From the NCBI GenBank assembly GCA_964229335.1, contig CAXRCZ010000007.1:1-64000 (forward strand): a stretch of DNA of 64,000 bases, given 5' to 3'. This stretch comes from Minisyncoccia bacterium. Lineage in GTDB: Bacteria > Patescibacteriota > Minisyncoccia > Phycocordibacterales > UBA918. Shown piece by piece: positions 30,250-40,309 of the stretch. Positions within the stretch are counted from its first letter, which is position 1. Every line of letters begins with the position of its first letter. The notes under the pieces were generated by a model. That model saw only the letters and a program-made list of their open reading frames with translations. It did no database searches and was not told the origin of the DNA. A program made the position numbers and the translations under genes.

Positions 30250-30316
30250 TGTGGAAAAACTGTGAGCAACTATGTACAAAACTTTTGTATAACCCTGTCA
30301 TTAACCCTGCGTATAA
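30250..30316 (-). promoter_or_regulatory. Array of six co-oriented degenerate DnaA-box-like 9-mers
   Basis: tgtggaaaa, tgtgagcaa, tatgtacaa, tttgtataa, tgtcattaa, tgcgtataa at 10-13 bp spacing. Confidence 0.45.
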
Positions 30317-30408
30317 ATGCCATTTTTAGCACTGTGAGAATTCGAGAAAGCTAGCATTTTTTGCCAGATTTGTTATTATGCTGCGCACGTTTTCACAACG
30401 TAGTCCAT

Positions 30409-30480
30409 GGTCCCATCGTCTAACGGCTAGGACGCCAGGTTTTCATCCTGGAAATCGGAGTTCGATTCTCCGTGGGATCA
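30409..30480 (+). tRNA. tRNA-Glu(TTC)
   Basis: GGTCCCA/TGGGATC, ccagg-ttTTCat-cctgg, GTTCGATT. Confidence 0.95.
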
Positions 30481-30544
30481 CACATATATAGAAAATACGT
30501 GAGGAAACACCCTCACGTATTTTCTATATCGAGTTTTTATTCTC

Positions 30545-31051
30545 TTAAAGTAACTCCTTAAAAGCCTCAACAAAAGCTGGAATATCGTCTGGCTTGCGGC
30601 TAGTAACCAACATACCGTCAGTAACAACTTCTTCGTCTACCCAGTTAGCTCCAGCGTTTTCTAAGTCTGTGCGGAGTTATGGCCATGAAGTAACTCTCTT
30701 GCCTGCTACCGCATCAGCTTCGATTAATGTCCAGGGACCATGACAAATGGCAGCGACTGGCTTATTGGCGTCAATAAAATGACGAATAAACGCAACTGCG
30801 TGGCTGTGAGTGCGCAGTATATCAGGGTTGGCCACTCCCCCTGGCAACACCACGCCATCGTAGTCATTGGCATCACTACCCTCAATCAACTGATTCACAG
30901 TGACTGAGCCGGCATCATGAGCTGCTTGAATTTCTCCTTCTTCAATCGATAATACTGTTACTTCGTGTCCGGCTTCTTCTAATGATTCTTTTGGTTTTGT
31001 AAGTTCTGAGTACTCAAACCCGTTGGTAGCAACAATAGCAATTTTTGACAT
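30545..31051 (-). pseudogene. PfpI/DJ-1 family protein interrupted by in-frame TAA
   Basis: LPGG, AICHGPW; ...[40 protein letters not shown]... continues in frame after the stop at 30677-30679. Confidence 0.85.
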
Positions 31052-31066
31052 ATATTATTTATTTGA

Positions 31067-31612
31067 TTAGTTAGAATATCGTAATTGAGCTGTCTCTAAT
31101 ATCTTGCGTTTCTCTTCAGCATTTTCTTCTCCAGCCACTGAAGCTGGATCAGCTGGGTCAAGATCTTCTTGATAATGTTCGTTAATTAATTCAGCAATAT
31201 CATCGACTGAGTGTTCGACAAAATTTCCGTATTCAATGATTTCTACTGGAATATGGTCTGGATTGATTAAGTTTTCTTCGATTAATCCTTTGTAGTGTTC
31301 TGGTTCTAAGACCAGTATCTTGTCCGGATTAATCTTCTTGACCGCTTCACTCAGCTCCCCACCAATAGCGTTGAGGTAGCGGTCCAGGTTTCGTTTGTCG
31401 TCAGTTTCTTTAGGATAACCGGAACCAAGGTTTTCACCATCACTTGAGCTCCAAAAGAACCCTTCGTCATCACTGTGAGTCGGCGGATGTTCAGCTACAT
31501 AATCAAGAAGATGTAGCTGATTATCTTTAATTTGAAATAATTTTCCGTGTTCCTTGGCAGACACTGCTACCAAGGTGTTGTTTAAGTTTGAATGATTGAT
31601 TTTTGTAGACAT
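31067..31612 (-). CDS. Host-attachment/baeRF-like protein (tentative)
   Basis: N-terminal beta pattern, SDDEGFF...GSG loop, helix-ILVLEP segment, acidic tail. Confidence 0.5.
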   Translation of the reverse strand: MSTKINHSNLNNTLVAVSAKEHGKLFQIKDNQLHLLDYVAEHPPTHSDDEGFFWSSSDGENLGSGYPKETDDKRNLDRYLNAIGGELSEAVKKINPDKILVLEPEHYKGLIEENLINPDHIPVEIIEYGNFVEHSVDDIAELINEHYQEDLDPADPASVAGEENAEEKRKILETAQLRYSN

Positions 31613-31701
31613 GCTCTAATTATAACAAATATATATTATTGTACAAATTATACTAATTTTATACAAAAAGGCGGAGGATATTCAGTCCCCCGCCCTTTCA
31701 T

Positions 31702-32883
31702 TCACACTTTCGCTTCTTGCCTATTGATAACAATCGTCAAGACCCAGGCTGCTAGCACTGCTAGGAAACTCCCAGTCAAAATACCCACCTTGGCACTGGC
31801 AATCAATTTTTCATCGTTGAAAGCCAGATTGTTGATGAACAGAGCGACTGTTAGTCCAATCCCAGCCAAAGCTCCAAGTCTGGCCATAGCCAGTTTGCCG
31901 AACGGGATTGCGTCTGGGTTGCGACGTTGGATGAGCCAGAGTGCACCAGCCACGCCTGCAATCTTGCCGACAAAAAGACCGATTGCAACACCGCTGGCCA
32001 CGTCAGCTTGGATGCCTGACTCGACCAACTCGCGTACGTTTATACCGAGATTAACGAACGCAAACAAGCCGAGGATGGTTGGCAGAAACCAGGTTGCAAA
32101 CACCCGTTCGATGCGCTCTGAAGTTGATTCTCCAGATTCATCAAACGGAGCCGCTACCCCAGCGACGACACCCGCCAAGGTCGGATGAATACCCGCCTTA
32201 TAAAACAGATACCAGAGGAGTAGTGCCCCAATGAGGTAAATGCCTTTGTAGGGAGTTTTCGGTCCGAAGCCGAGCCAGAGCAGAACGACCGAAACCAGTA
32301 TGCCGTACAGCAAAAAGGTCAGGTCGATCTGGTCGGTGTAGAACACCGCGATGACGAGAATGCCGAAAACATCATCCACCACCGCCAAGAGCAGCAGGAT
32401 AGTTCGTTGCGTCTTGTCGACTTTCAACACCTCGGCGAAGAGAAGCGCAAACGCAATATCAGTCGCCATCGGAATGCCGAAGATAGTCGAGGCGTAGTCG
32501 GGAGCGATCACCGCCGACAGAATTGCTGGCAAGCAGACGCCACCAGCAGCTGCGATGAACGGCACTGATGCACTCGACACACTCGGAAACTGACTGAGCT
32601 CACGTCTGACTTCTGTCCCCACGACGAGGAAGAAGAACATCATGAGAAAGTCATTGACGAAAAAGTGCACATCCGGTTGACCCGATATAGTGACTGACCC
32701 CATCGTCAGACCGAAATTCAGCACCCCATGAACAATGTCGTGGTACAAGTGCGACCAGCCGAGCACGACTACGCCGATGTTTGCCAGAATGAATCCTGCA
32801 GGACCCCACGTAATCATCCACGGAAGGTGGTTGGTGAGCCACTGAATCGGCAGCGGAACATTTTCATTTATTTGAGCAGACAA
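31702..32883 (-). CDS. nhaA: Na+/H+ antiporter NhaA
   Basis: FVNDFLM, PMATDIAFA, LAVVDD, GIHPTLAG, LAGIG; AAAGGAGG RBS. Confidence 0.93.
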   Translation of the reverse strand: MSAQINENVPLPIQWLTNHLPWMITWGPAGFILANIGVVVLGWSHLYHDIVHGVLNFGLTMGSVTISGQPDVHFFVNDFLMMFFFLVVGTEVRRELSQFPSVSSASVPFIAAAGGVCLPAILSAVIAPDYASTIFGIPMATDIAFALLFAEVLKVDKTQRTILLLLAVVDDVFGILVIAVFYTDQIDLTFLLYGILVSVVLLWLGFGPKTPYKGIYLIGALLLWYLFYKAGIHPTLAGVVAGVAAPFDESGESTSERIERVFATWFLPTILGLFAFVNLGINVRELVESGIQADVASGVAIGLFVGKIAGVAGALWLIQRRNPDAIPFGKLAMARLGALAGIGLTVALFINNLAFNDEKLIASAKVGILTGSFLAVLAAWVLTIVINRQEAKV

Positions 32884-33029
32884 TTAAGCCTCCTTTGTAG
32901 ATAGTGTGTGAATGTGAAAGAACAGGCATCCGTCCGGATACTTCTTCATTCACATCCGGTGAAGGCGCTACAATAACACCTAAATTTAAGGCTGTACAGA
33001 TAGAGGCGACCAATTGGTCGCCTCTCTAA

Positions 33030-34808
33030 CTACTCTTCATCGGTGAGAAATCCTCCGGCCTGATGCTCCCAGAGTCTTTGGTAGATACCACCCTGCTGTG
33101 AGAGTTCTTCATGCGTACCATCTTCAACAATCTGCCCTTCTTCGAGCACAATGATTCGATCCATTTTACGCAAAGTAGAAAGTCGGTGAGCTACTGCAAT
33201 TACAGTTTTTCCTTCCATCAATTCTTCTAATGCCTTTTGAATTGCCACTTCACTTTCACTATCGAGGGCTGAAGTCGCTTCATCAAGAACTAATATCGGT
33301 GCATCTTTTAACATAGCTCTAGCAATGGCAACACGCTGTTTTTGACCACCCGAAAGCTTCACTCCTCTCTCCCCAACCAATGTCTCATAGCCATTCGGCA
33401 AAGTAGTAATGAAGTTGTGAGCTTGAGCTTTTTTCGCAACTGCGATGATTTCTACCTCAGTAGCACCAGGCTTGCCATACGCAATGTTGTCTCTAATAGA
33501 GCGATGGAACAGAAGTGGCTCCTGTGGTACTACCGCAATATGCTCTCGGAGTGAATCTTGAGTCACTATAGCTATGTTATGACTGTCGATATTGATTGAA
33601 CCTGCGCTGACATCGTGCTGACGTAATAGGAGCGAAACAAAAGTCGTCTTTCCAGCTCCCGAATGCCCCACTAAACCTAGTCTCTGGCCCGCTGGTATCT
33701 TAAGATTAAAATCTTTAAAGACCGGCACGCCTTCATAATCAAACGAAACATAGTCCCATGAGATATCTGCCCTATCAATTTTAAGAGACCGGGCTCTTGG
33801 ATCATCTTCTATTTCGATTGGTAATAATGTTTGCTCCAAACCTTCTTGAATTTCTCCGTATAATCTTACAAATTGATTGATAGAGCCTCCGATAAAAGTA
33901 AGGGTACCAACAAGATTAAAAACCAGAGCTGAAACTAAGACAAAATCTCCGGTAGTAACATTACCGGCTTGCCAGTTCAATACTAAAACAAGCATCATGA
34001 GAAATATACCAACCGTGATGACAACCCCATTAGCAACAAGAATCCATTCACTAATACTCCACTGTTTCAAATCTGCACTTCTTACGTCGTCGGCATGAGC
34101 TGACACATCTTCTAGCTCACTTGTACTGCGAGTGTATTGTCGTGTGGCAGCAATATTAGTTAATAGGTCAACGGTATAACCTTTGAGCTTAGTCTTTTTC
34201 TCTGCCCAGGAGACTACGTGAGGTCTACGTATTCGAGCCAAATATACATTCAGTGGTACCAGAATCAACAGCATAACAGTGAAGACACTCCCGGCTATCA
34301 CGTGGGTTGTAAAAATCAAAAAACCAGAAAAAACAAAACTAAGAAGTGTTGGTACATGACGCCAAAGAATCTGGTCTGAAAGATCAGTAATCCCATCAGA
34401 GGCGTTTGAGACTTTACTCGAAACCGAACCTGCAAAACGATTGGCAAAATATGTGTGGCTATGTTGCACTACATGGCGGTATAAAACTCGGTAGGATCTG
34501 GCTTGTAACCTGGTAATCCAACGCATCCCGGTGAATCCACTCAAACGCCAAAACATTGACTCAAATCCGATTAAAACCGGCACTGCCATGACTAGCCAAA
34601 ATACCAATTGTTGTTGCTCGGAAGTTTCGGCTATAAGCGCATTGTCTACAATAAGTTTTAAAGTGTATGGCACAGCCAATCCCAACAGTTGAGCAATTAC
34701 AACCCAGGCCAGCGAAAGTAAGGCGATATATCGAAATGGCCTAAGGATGTATAAGCCATAGCTTAGTGGGGTTTTTGGAATGTCTCGTTGTTGCTTGATT
34801 TGAGCCAT
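33030..34808 (-). CDS. ABC exporter, fused TMD + ATPase
   Basis: GHSGAGKT, LSGGQKQR, LDEATSALD, AHRLST. Confidence 0.93.
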   Translation of the reverse strand: MAQIKQQRDIPKTPLSYGLYILRPFRYIALLSLAWVVIAQLLGLAVPYTLKLIVDNALIAETSEQQQLVFWLVMAVPVLIGFESMFWRLSGFTGMRWITRLQARSYRVLYRHVVQHSHTYFANRFAGSVSSKVSNASDGITDLSDQILWRHVPTLLSFVFSGFLIFTTHVIAGSVFTVMLLILVPLNVYLARIRRPHVVSWAEKKTKLKGYTVDLLTNIAATRQYTRSTSELEDVSAHADDVRSADLKQWSISEWILVANGVVITVGIFLMMLVLVLNWQAGNVTTGDFVLVSALVFNLVGTLTFIGGSINQFVRLYGEIQEGLEQTLLPIEIEDDPRARSLKIDRADISWDYVSFDYEGVPVFKDFNLKIPAGQRLGLVGHSGAGKTTFVSLLLRQHDVSAGSINIDSHNIAIVTQDSLREHIAVVPQEPLLFHRSIRDNIAYGKPGATEVEIIAVAKKAQAHNFITTLPNGYETLVGERGVKLSGGQKQRVAIARAMLKDAPILVLDEATSALDSESEVAIQKALEELMEGKTVIAVAHRLSTLRKMDRIIVLEEGQIVEDGTHEELSQQGGIYQRLWEHQAGGFLTDEE

Positions 34809-34872
34809 AATAATTTGATGATTTTAACATTATTACACGACATTTGATGCTAATTGATGTATCTTGATAAAT

Positions 34873-35766
34873 ATGAACCCAGAACAAGCGGCTATAAGAA
34901 ATCTAGATAGAAGAAAGCGAACTGATGATATACAAGAAGCAGCCGATAAACTATTGAGAAATTCGGAACATGTTCATCAGATACTCAATGAATTAGCATT
35001 TCAACCAGAAGATTTTTCTAACCTCTATGGCGCCGACAGTATCAAAGATGACCTTAGGTATGTAAGAAACCGTCATGAAGATTTCCGGGACAGTGATCGA
35101 GTAGCTGTTACAGAAGATTTAACACGCGGCGACATCAGGAAACTAGCTGAGCGAGTAGAATATGAAGTGATTCGAGGGATTAATGCCGGACACTGGTTTG
35201 AAGGTATGGGAGCACACAAGACGTCTGAGTATGACGATATCAAAAATGGCGTTGATATCGTTCTTGAAACACTAGAAGGAAACTCATATGGTCACCTTGG
35301 ACTAGGTGTTGATGTAACCTTCTCAAAAGATGTGCTTGCTAAATTTAGACGAATTAAAGATGAGATAGATGCCTACGACGGCAAGGACAATAGATTGGCA
35401 GTGGTTAAATACTTTTCTTCCGAAAACACGGGTGTTAGAGGTGAGCTGCACAGTATGGCTCGTGCAGTAGTGGCTGTTGATTTGCCAATGTTGCGTGACA
35501 TGACCAGACTGAAAGACGCTGATGCTCTACATGACCACATATCTAAGCACGTCACAATTTTAGAAATTGTAGAGCAGCTGACTACTTTCATCGAGTATGC
35601 CAACGAGAAAAATCCAGCTGCTGCAAAGCATCTTCAGCGTTCATTAGATTTCGTGAGGAGTATCGCGGATAAACTGGACTCTGAAAGAAAGGTTGAACAA
35701 TCAGAATATTTAAAAAATCGTCGTGCTGACGAGGCAATCGAAGAAGGTTTGGCTTTGTTCAGATAA
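34873..35766 (+). CDS. Hypothetical protein
   Basis: About 297-aa ORF; TSEYDDIKNGVDIV...LGVDVT segment. Confidence 0.75.
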   Translation: MNPEQAAIRNLDRRKRTDDIQEAADKLLRNSEHVHQILNELAFQPEDFSNLYGADSIKDDLRYVRNRHEDFRDSDRVAVTEDLTRGDIRKLAERVEYEVIRGINAGHWFEGMGAHKTSEYDDIKNGVDIVLETLEGNSYGHLGLGVDVTFSKDVLAKFRRIKDEIDAYDGKDNRLAVVKYFSSENTGVRGELHSMARAVVAVDLPMLRDMTRLKDADALHDHISKHVTILEIVEQLTTFIEYANEKNPAAAKHLQRSLDFVRSIADKLDSERKVEQSEYLKNRRADEAIEEGLALFR

Positions 35767-35791
35767 TAAGTATACTAATAGCCACCTATTT

Positions 35792-35864
35792 GTCCGGTTA
35801 GCTCAGCTGGTAGAGCGCTACATTGACATTGTAGAGGTCACAAGTTCAAGTCTTGTACCGGACA
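35792..35864 (+). tRNA. tRNA-Val(GAC)
   Basis: GTCCGGT/ACCGGAC, ctaca-ttGACat-tgtag. Confidence 0.95.
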
Positions 35865-35871
35865 CAAAATT

Positions 35872-36753
35872 TTAAATATTTTTAGTAGCTATTTTAGCCG
35901 CTGTAATTGCACCTTCTTTTGAATCACACACAAACAAGAATCCACCCTTATGACAAAATTGGGCCCCTTCAATTCCACTGACATTAATTAATTCTTGATT
36001 GCTGAGACCTGCCCAAGAAGAAGGAAATTTGACCCTGGTTTCAAATGATTCACCTCTTACAGGTACAGTGCTAGCCCTCCATTTTGTTGAATCATTAGGA
36101 GAAGGTGAGACCACCACTAAAGGCTCTTCGTATTCATTAAATAATCCTCTGCTGATCGATTGTGGTGAGACTATGATACTTTTATCAGTTGCGGCTATAT
36201 ACAATTCCTCAGCTTTCTTTTTTTCTTCTTCAATGTGTTCTCCATGCTTTATTATTCTTTCCACATAACACCGAGCAAAATCAACCGCTTGTAGAAATGC
36301 TTCATAATATTCAACGTCTGTTGCAATACCGATTGGGTGATACGATGACACGACTGCATACAACTCAGTTGGTTTTACTCCAATTTCGTTGACTTTATAC
36401 AACTCTAAACCGTTATCTCCAGCGTCAATTGGTTGCACCAATGTCTCTTCTATATGACTGGCGATAGACTCATCAACCAATTGTTGCGAATATTCTTTCC
36501 ATACCAAACCGAAAGCGGCATAAGGAATACTGTTAGGTCGAACTGGGCCATCTGTTTGATGGTGATCAAACCTATTTGATTGTGGATCATATACTCCACC
36601 TACATCCACTACAATGTCTGCACTAGTAATGATGGATTCTTCTCTGGTGCGAATAATTTCTATCTCTTCTTTGCCGTACACTAATTGGAGTGTTGCAATG
36701 GCAAACACTTCATCGCTGTGGAAGCTTCCGTTATGAGTTACTACAGTTTTCAT
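35872..36753 (-). CDS. MYG1 family exonuclease
   Basis: THNGSFHSDE, DVGG, FDHHQ, FCHKGGF. Confidence 0.9.
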   Translation of the reverse strand: MKTVVTHNGSFHSDEVFAIATLQLVYGKEEIEIIRTREESIITSADIVVDVGGVYDPQSNRFDHHQTDGPVRPNSIPYAAFGLVWKEYSQQLVDESIASHIEETLVQPIDAGDNGLELYKVNEIGVKPTELYAVVSSYHPIGIATDVEYYEAFLQAVDFARCYVERIIKHGEHIEEEKKKAEELYIAATDKSIIVSPQSISRGLFNEYEEPLVVVSPSPNDSTKWRASTVPVRGESFETRVKFPSSWAGLSNQELINVSGIEGAQFCHKGGFLFVCDSKEGAITAAKIATKNI

Positions 36754-36811
36754 TTGCATTTGACGATACCATAGTTTTGCCAAGCCAGTAAGCATTATAT
36801 ATAGTACTAAA

Positions 36812-37984
36812 ATGCGAATCCTTTCGATTGAGACATCATGTGACGAAACTGCTATTAGTTTGATAGAAGCAACTGGTGAGTTTCCGCACGCTACCTACGA
36901 AATACTAGGAAATTGCTTATGGAGCCAGGTGGATATTCACCGTGAATACGGTGGCGTGTTCCCTCGTCTGGCTAAACGAGAGCATGTTGCCACTATCGTC
37001 CCAATTCTAAAAAACACCCTAGAAGAAGCTGATGAGCTACACACCGATTCAATCGACATAGAAAGTACTAAAGAACAAGCGGTGAGGAAGATTCTGGAGC
37101 GTGAGCCTGGACTGGCTGATTCACTACTTGAATTTGCACGTAATCATTCACTTGTCGAAATAGACATTATTGCTGTCACCAATGGTCCTGGCTTGGAGCC
37201 TGCGTTGTGGGTGGGAGTGAACTTTGCTCGCGCACTGGCACTCTTGTGGAATATTCCGGTAGTTCCAACCAATCACATGGAAGGACACGTATTAGCTAGT
37301 GTGTACGATAGCGATCGTGATGACCAGCTCTCAGACATCACCTTCCCTGCTATCAGTCTGCTTATTTCTGGTGGACATACCGAGCTCATAGCCATGGATG
37401 ATTGGCAAAGCTACAAAAAAGTTGGCCAAACGAGAGACGATGCGGTTGGCGAAGCGTTTGATAAAGTCGCTCGTTTACTCGGACTTCCCTATCCCGGTGG
37501 ACCTGAAATTGGCAAACAAGCCAAGGTTGCCAGAGTAAACAACTTACCAGCTTTTGCTGACTTACCGAAGCCAATGTTGCAGTCTGGTGACTTGGATTTT
37601 TCGTTTTCAGGCTTAAAGACGGCCGTGCGCTATGCAGTGCAGGAGAAAGAATTGAGCGAGACTGACATACAAGCAATCGCTAGAGATTTTGAAGATGTGG
37701 TGACAGAAGTGCTCATAAAGAAAACTGCTGCCGCAAGTAAACAAACTCAAGCCAAAACTCTGATTGTTGGCGGTGGAGTGAGTGCCAATCAACACATCAA
37801 GCACGAATTTGAAAAATATTTCTTAGAGCATTTACCCGATGTCACTGTGTACTTTCCAGCGCCTTCCCTATCTACTGATAACAGTATAATGATTGCTTTA
37901 GCTGGCCACGCGAGAGCCGGCAGTGCGATTGCACCGGACGCATCGGATGTTATCCGCGCTGATGGAAATAAATCATTGGCGTAA
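36812..37984 (+). CDS. tsaD: tRNA N6-threonylcarbamoyltransferase TsaD
   Basis: IETSCDET, HMEGH, SGGHT, GEAFDK, FSFSGLKT, TDN. Confidence 0.95.
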   Translation: MRILSIETSCDETAISLIEATGEFPHATYEILGNCLWSQVDIHREYGGVFPRLAKREHVATIVPILKNTLEEADELHTDSIDIESTKEQAVRKILEREPGLADSLLEFARNHSLVEIDIIAVTNGPGLEPALWVGVNFARALALLWNIPVVPTNHMEGHVLASVYDSDRDDQLSDITFPAISLLISGGHTELIAMDDWQSYKKVGQTRDDAVGEAFDKVARLLGLPYPGGPEIGKQAKVARVNNLPAFADLPKPMLQSGDLDFSFSGLKTAVRYAVQEKELSETDIQAIARDFEDVVTEVLIKKTAAASKQTQAKTLIVGGGVSANQHIKHEFEKYFLEHLPDVTVYFPAPSLSTDNSIMIALAGHARAGSAIAPDASDVIRADGNKSLA

Positions 37985-38031
37985 TGAATAACTTCAATCT
38001 AGCTTCTTTTCATGCTACCATCGCTTAATAT

Positions 38032-40245
38032 ATGAGTGAAAACAAGCCTCAAATACCGGAGATATTTTTATCTCCTTACAATCCAGATGAACACGAAAGT
38101 GCGCTGTATGACGCTTGGGAAACATCTGGCTATTTTAATCCTGACACCTGCATCGAGAAAACTGTGTCTGATGAAAAAAAGGATCCTTTTTCTATTGTTC
38201 TCCCCCCACCAAATGTAACCGGGACGCTTCACATGGGGCACGCGGCTATGCTTGCCATCGAAGATATTCTTGTTCGATATAACCGCATGCAAGGACGACC
38301 AACTCTTTGGGTACCAGGCACCGACTCTGCAGCTCTGGCTACGCAGAGTAAGGTTGAAAGCATTATCTACAAAAAAGAAAAGAAGCGTCGAGATGAAATT
38401 GGACGCGAAGAACTTCTAAAACAAGTTGCTGCTTTTGCCGAAGAGAGTAAGGAAACTATTATCGACCAAACCAAGCGCATGGGCGCCAGCATGGATTGGA
38501 GTCGTTACGCTTACACCCTAGACGAAAAACGATACAACGCAGTTACTGAGGCTTTTATCCGAATGTACAACGATGGATTGATTTATCGCGGGGCCAGAAT
38601 AGTTAATTGGGATCCGGCCATGCACACGACAGTGTCAGATGATGAAGTGGCGTACGTGGAGCAAACTGATCCGTTCTACTATTTCAAGTATGGCCCTTTC
38701 ACTATCGGTACAGTTCGTCCAGAAACCAAATTTGGCGACAAATACGTGGTGATGCACCCGGATGACAAACGCTATTCACAATACAAACACAAACAAGAAA
38801 TTGAAGTGGAATGGATTAATGGACCAATTACCGCCACTATCATAAAAGATGAGGCTGCAGACCCTGAAATGGGTTCAGGTGTGATGACAATCACCCCGGC
38901 GCACTCTCTAGTCGATTTTGAAATTGCTGAGCGGCATAGTCTTGACTACGAACCAATCATTGATGAGCGAGGTTGTTTGTTAGATATTGCCGGAGACTTT
39001 GCTGGCATGCATATTAAGAAAGCTCGCCCTCTCTTGGTGGAGAAGATGCAAGAAAAAGGACTAGTTGAAAAAATTGATGAGCAGTATGTTCATAGCATTG
39101 CTACCAATGAACGTGGAGGTGGCGTGATTGAACCACAAATCAAAGAACAATGGTTTATTGATGTGAACAAGACGTTCACCATGGGTGAATCGAGTATTCC
39201 TGGTATCAACCAAGGTGATCAGGTATCACTCAAACAACTCATGCTGGCTGCAGTTGAGAACGGCGGAATCGATATCTTTCCAGATAGATTCAAAAAAATC
39301 TATTTCCACTGGATTCACAATCTGCGTGATTGGTGTATCTCACGGCAAATCTGGTATGGCCACCGGATTCCCGTTTGGTACAAGGGTGACGAGAAAACGG
39401 TATCAAAATCTTCCCCCGGCGAGGGCTGGACACAAGACCCAGATACGCTAGACACGTGGTTTTCATCGGGATTATGGACCTTCTCAACCTTAGGCTGGCC
39501 AGAACAAACCGAAGATTTGAAACGCTATCATCCCACCACTGTACTTGAGACCGGTTACGACATCATTTTCTTCTGGGTTGCCAGAATGGTATTGATGAGC
39601 ACGTATCTATTAGGAGAAGTACCATTTAGGAACGTATACTTGCACGGATTAGTCCGAGACGAAAAAGGGCAAAAGATGAGCAAGTCACTCGGAAATATCA
39701 TTAACCCAATTGAGATGATTGATAAATATGGCGCTGACGCCACTCGCCTATCACTCATCATTGGTGCTGCCCCAGGCAATGACATGCCACTTAATGAAGA
39801 CAAAGTTCGTGGTTATAAGAAATTTGCTAATAAAGTATGGAATATTAGTCGCTTTGTGCTGACCTCAATTGCTGATACCGACTGGGCACAATCTCCAAAC
39901 CTAAGTGAACGTGATAATGAAATTCTTACTGACTTACAAAACACGGTTGATGAAGTAGCCAACGATATCGAGTCATTCAACTTATACCTTGCAGCTGATA
40001 AAGCCTATCACTATGTCTGGCACGAATTAGCTGACAATATTCTTGAAGAATCAAAGCCGATACTTAATGGCGAGGATAATGAAGCTAAACGCGCTCGTCA
40101 GGAGGTACTCAAAGAATGTTTGACCAAATCACTCAAAATGCTCCACCCATTTATGCCGTATGTCACAGAGACAATCTGGCAAAATGCACCCGAAGAAATG
40201 AAGCAGAGAGAATTTCTGATGATAGAAAGCTGGCCGACTAACTAA
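38032..40245 (+). CDS. valS: Valine--tRNA ligase (short form)
   Basis: PPPNVTGTLHMGH, DWCISRQIWYGHRIP, KMSKS. Confidence 0.95.
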   Translation: MSENKPQIPEIFLSPYNPDEHESALYDAWETSGYFNPDTCIEKTVSDEKKDPFSIVLPPPNVTGTLHMGHAAMLAIEDILVRYNRMQGRPTLWVPGTDSAALATQSKVESIIYKKEKKRRDEIGREELLKQVAAFAEESKETIIDQTKRMGASMDWSRYAYTLDEKRYNAVTEAFIRMYNDGLIYRGARIVNWDPAMHTTVSDDEVAYVEQTDPFYYFKYGPFTIGTVRPETKFGDKYVVMHPDDKRYSQYKHKQEIEVEWINGPITATIIKDEAADPEMGSGVMTITPAHSLVDFEIAERHSLDYEPIIDERGCLLDIAGDFAGMHIKKARPLLVEKMQEKGLVEKIDEQYVHSIATNERGGGVIEPQIKEQWFIDVNKTFTMGESSIPGINQGDQVSLKQLMLAAVENGGIDIFPDRFKKIYFHWIHNLRDWCISRQIWYGHRIPVWYKGDEKTVSKSSPGEGWTQDPDTLDTWFSSGLWTFSTLGWPEQTEDLKRYHPTTVLETGYDIIFFWVARMVLMSTYLLGEVPFRNVYLHGLVRDEKGQKMSKSLGNIINPIEMIDKYGADATRLSLIIGAAPGNDMPLNEDKVRGYKKFANKVWNISRFVLTSIADTDWAQSPNLSERDNEILTDLQNTVDEVANDIESFNLYLAADKAYHYVWHELADNILEESKPILNGEDNEAKRARQEVLKECLTKSLKMLHPFMPYVTETIWQNAPEEMKQREFLMIESWPTN

Positions 40246-40309
40246 GTAGAACCATATAAACAGCACGGCGTCCAAATGGTGCCGTGCTGTTTGTTACAAT
40301 AAACAAACA

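Noticed and set aside
31592-32188. 198-aa plus-strand ORF
   Set aside because: Antisense shadow of GC-rich nhaA.
5828-40245. Shortened IF2, S1 and ValRS as novelty
   Set aside because: Domain trimming of these proteins is expected in reduced CPR genomes.
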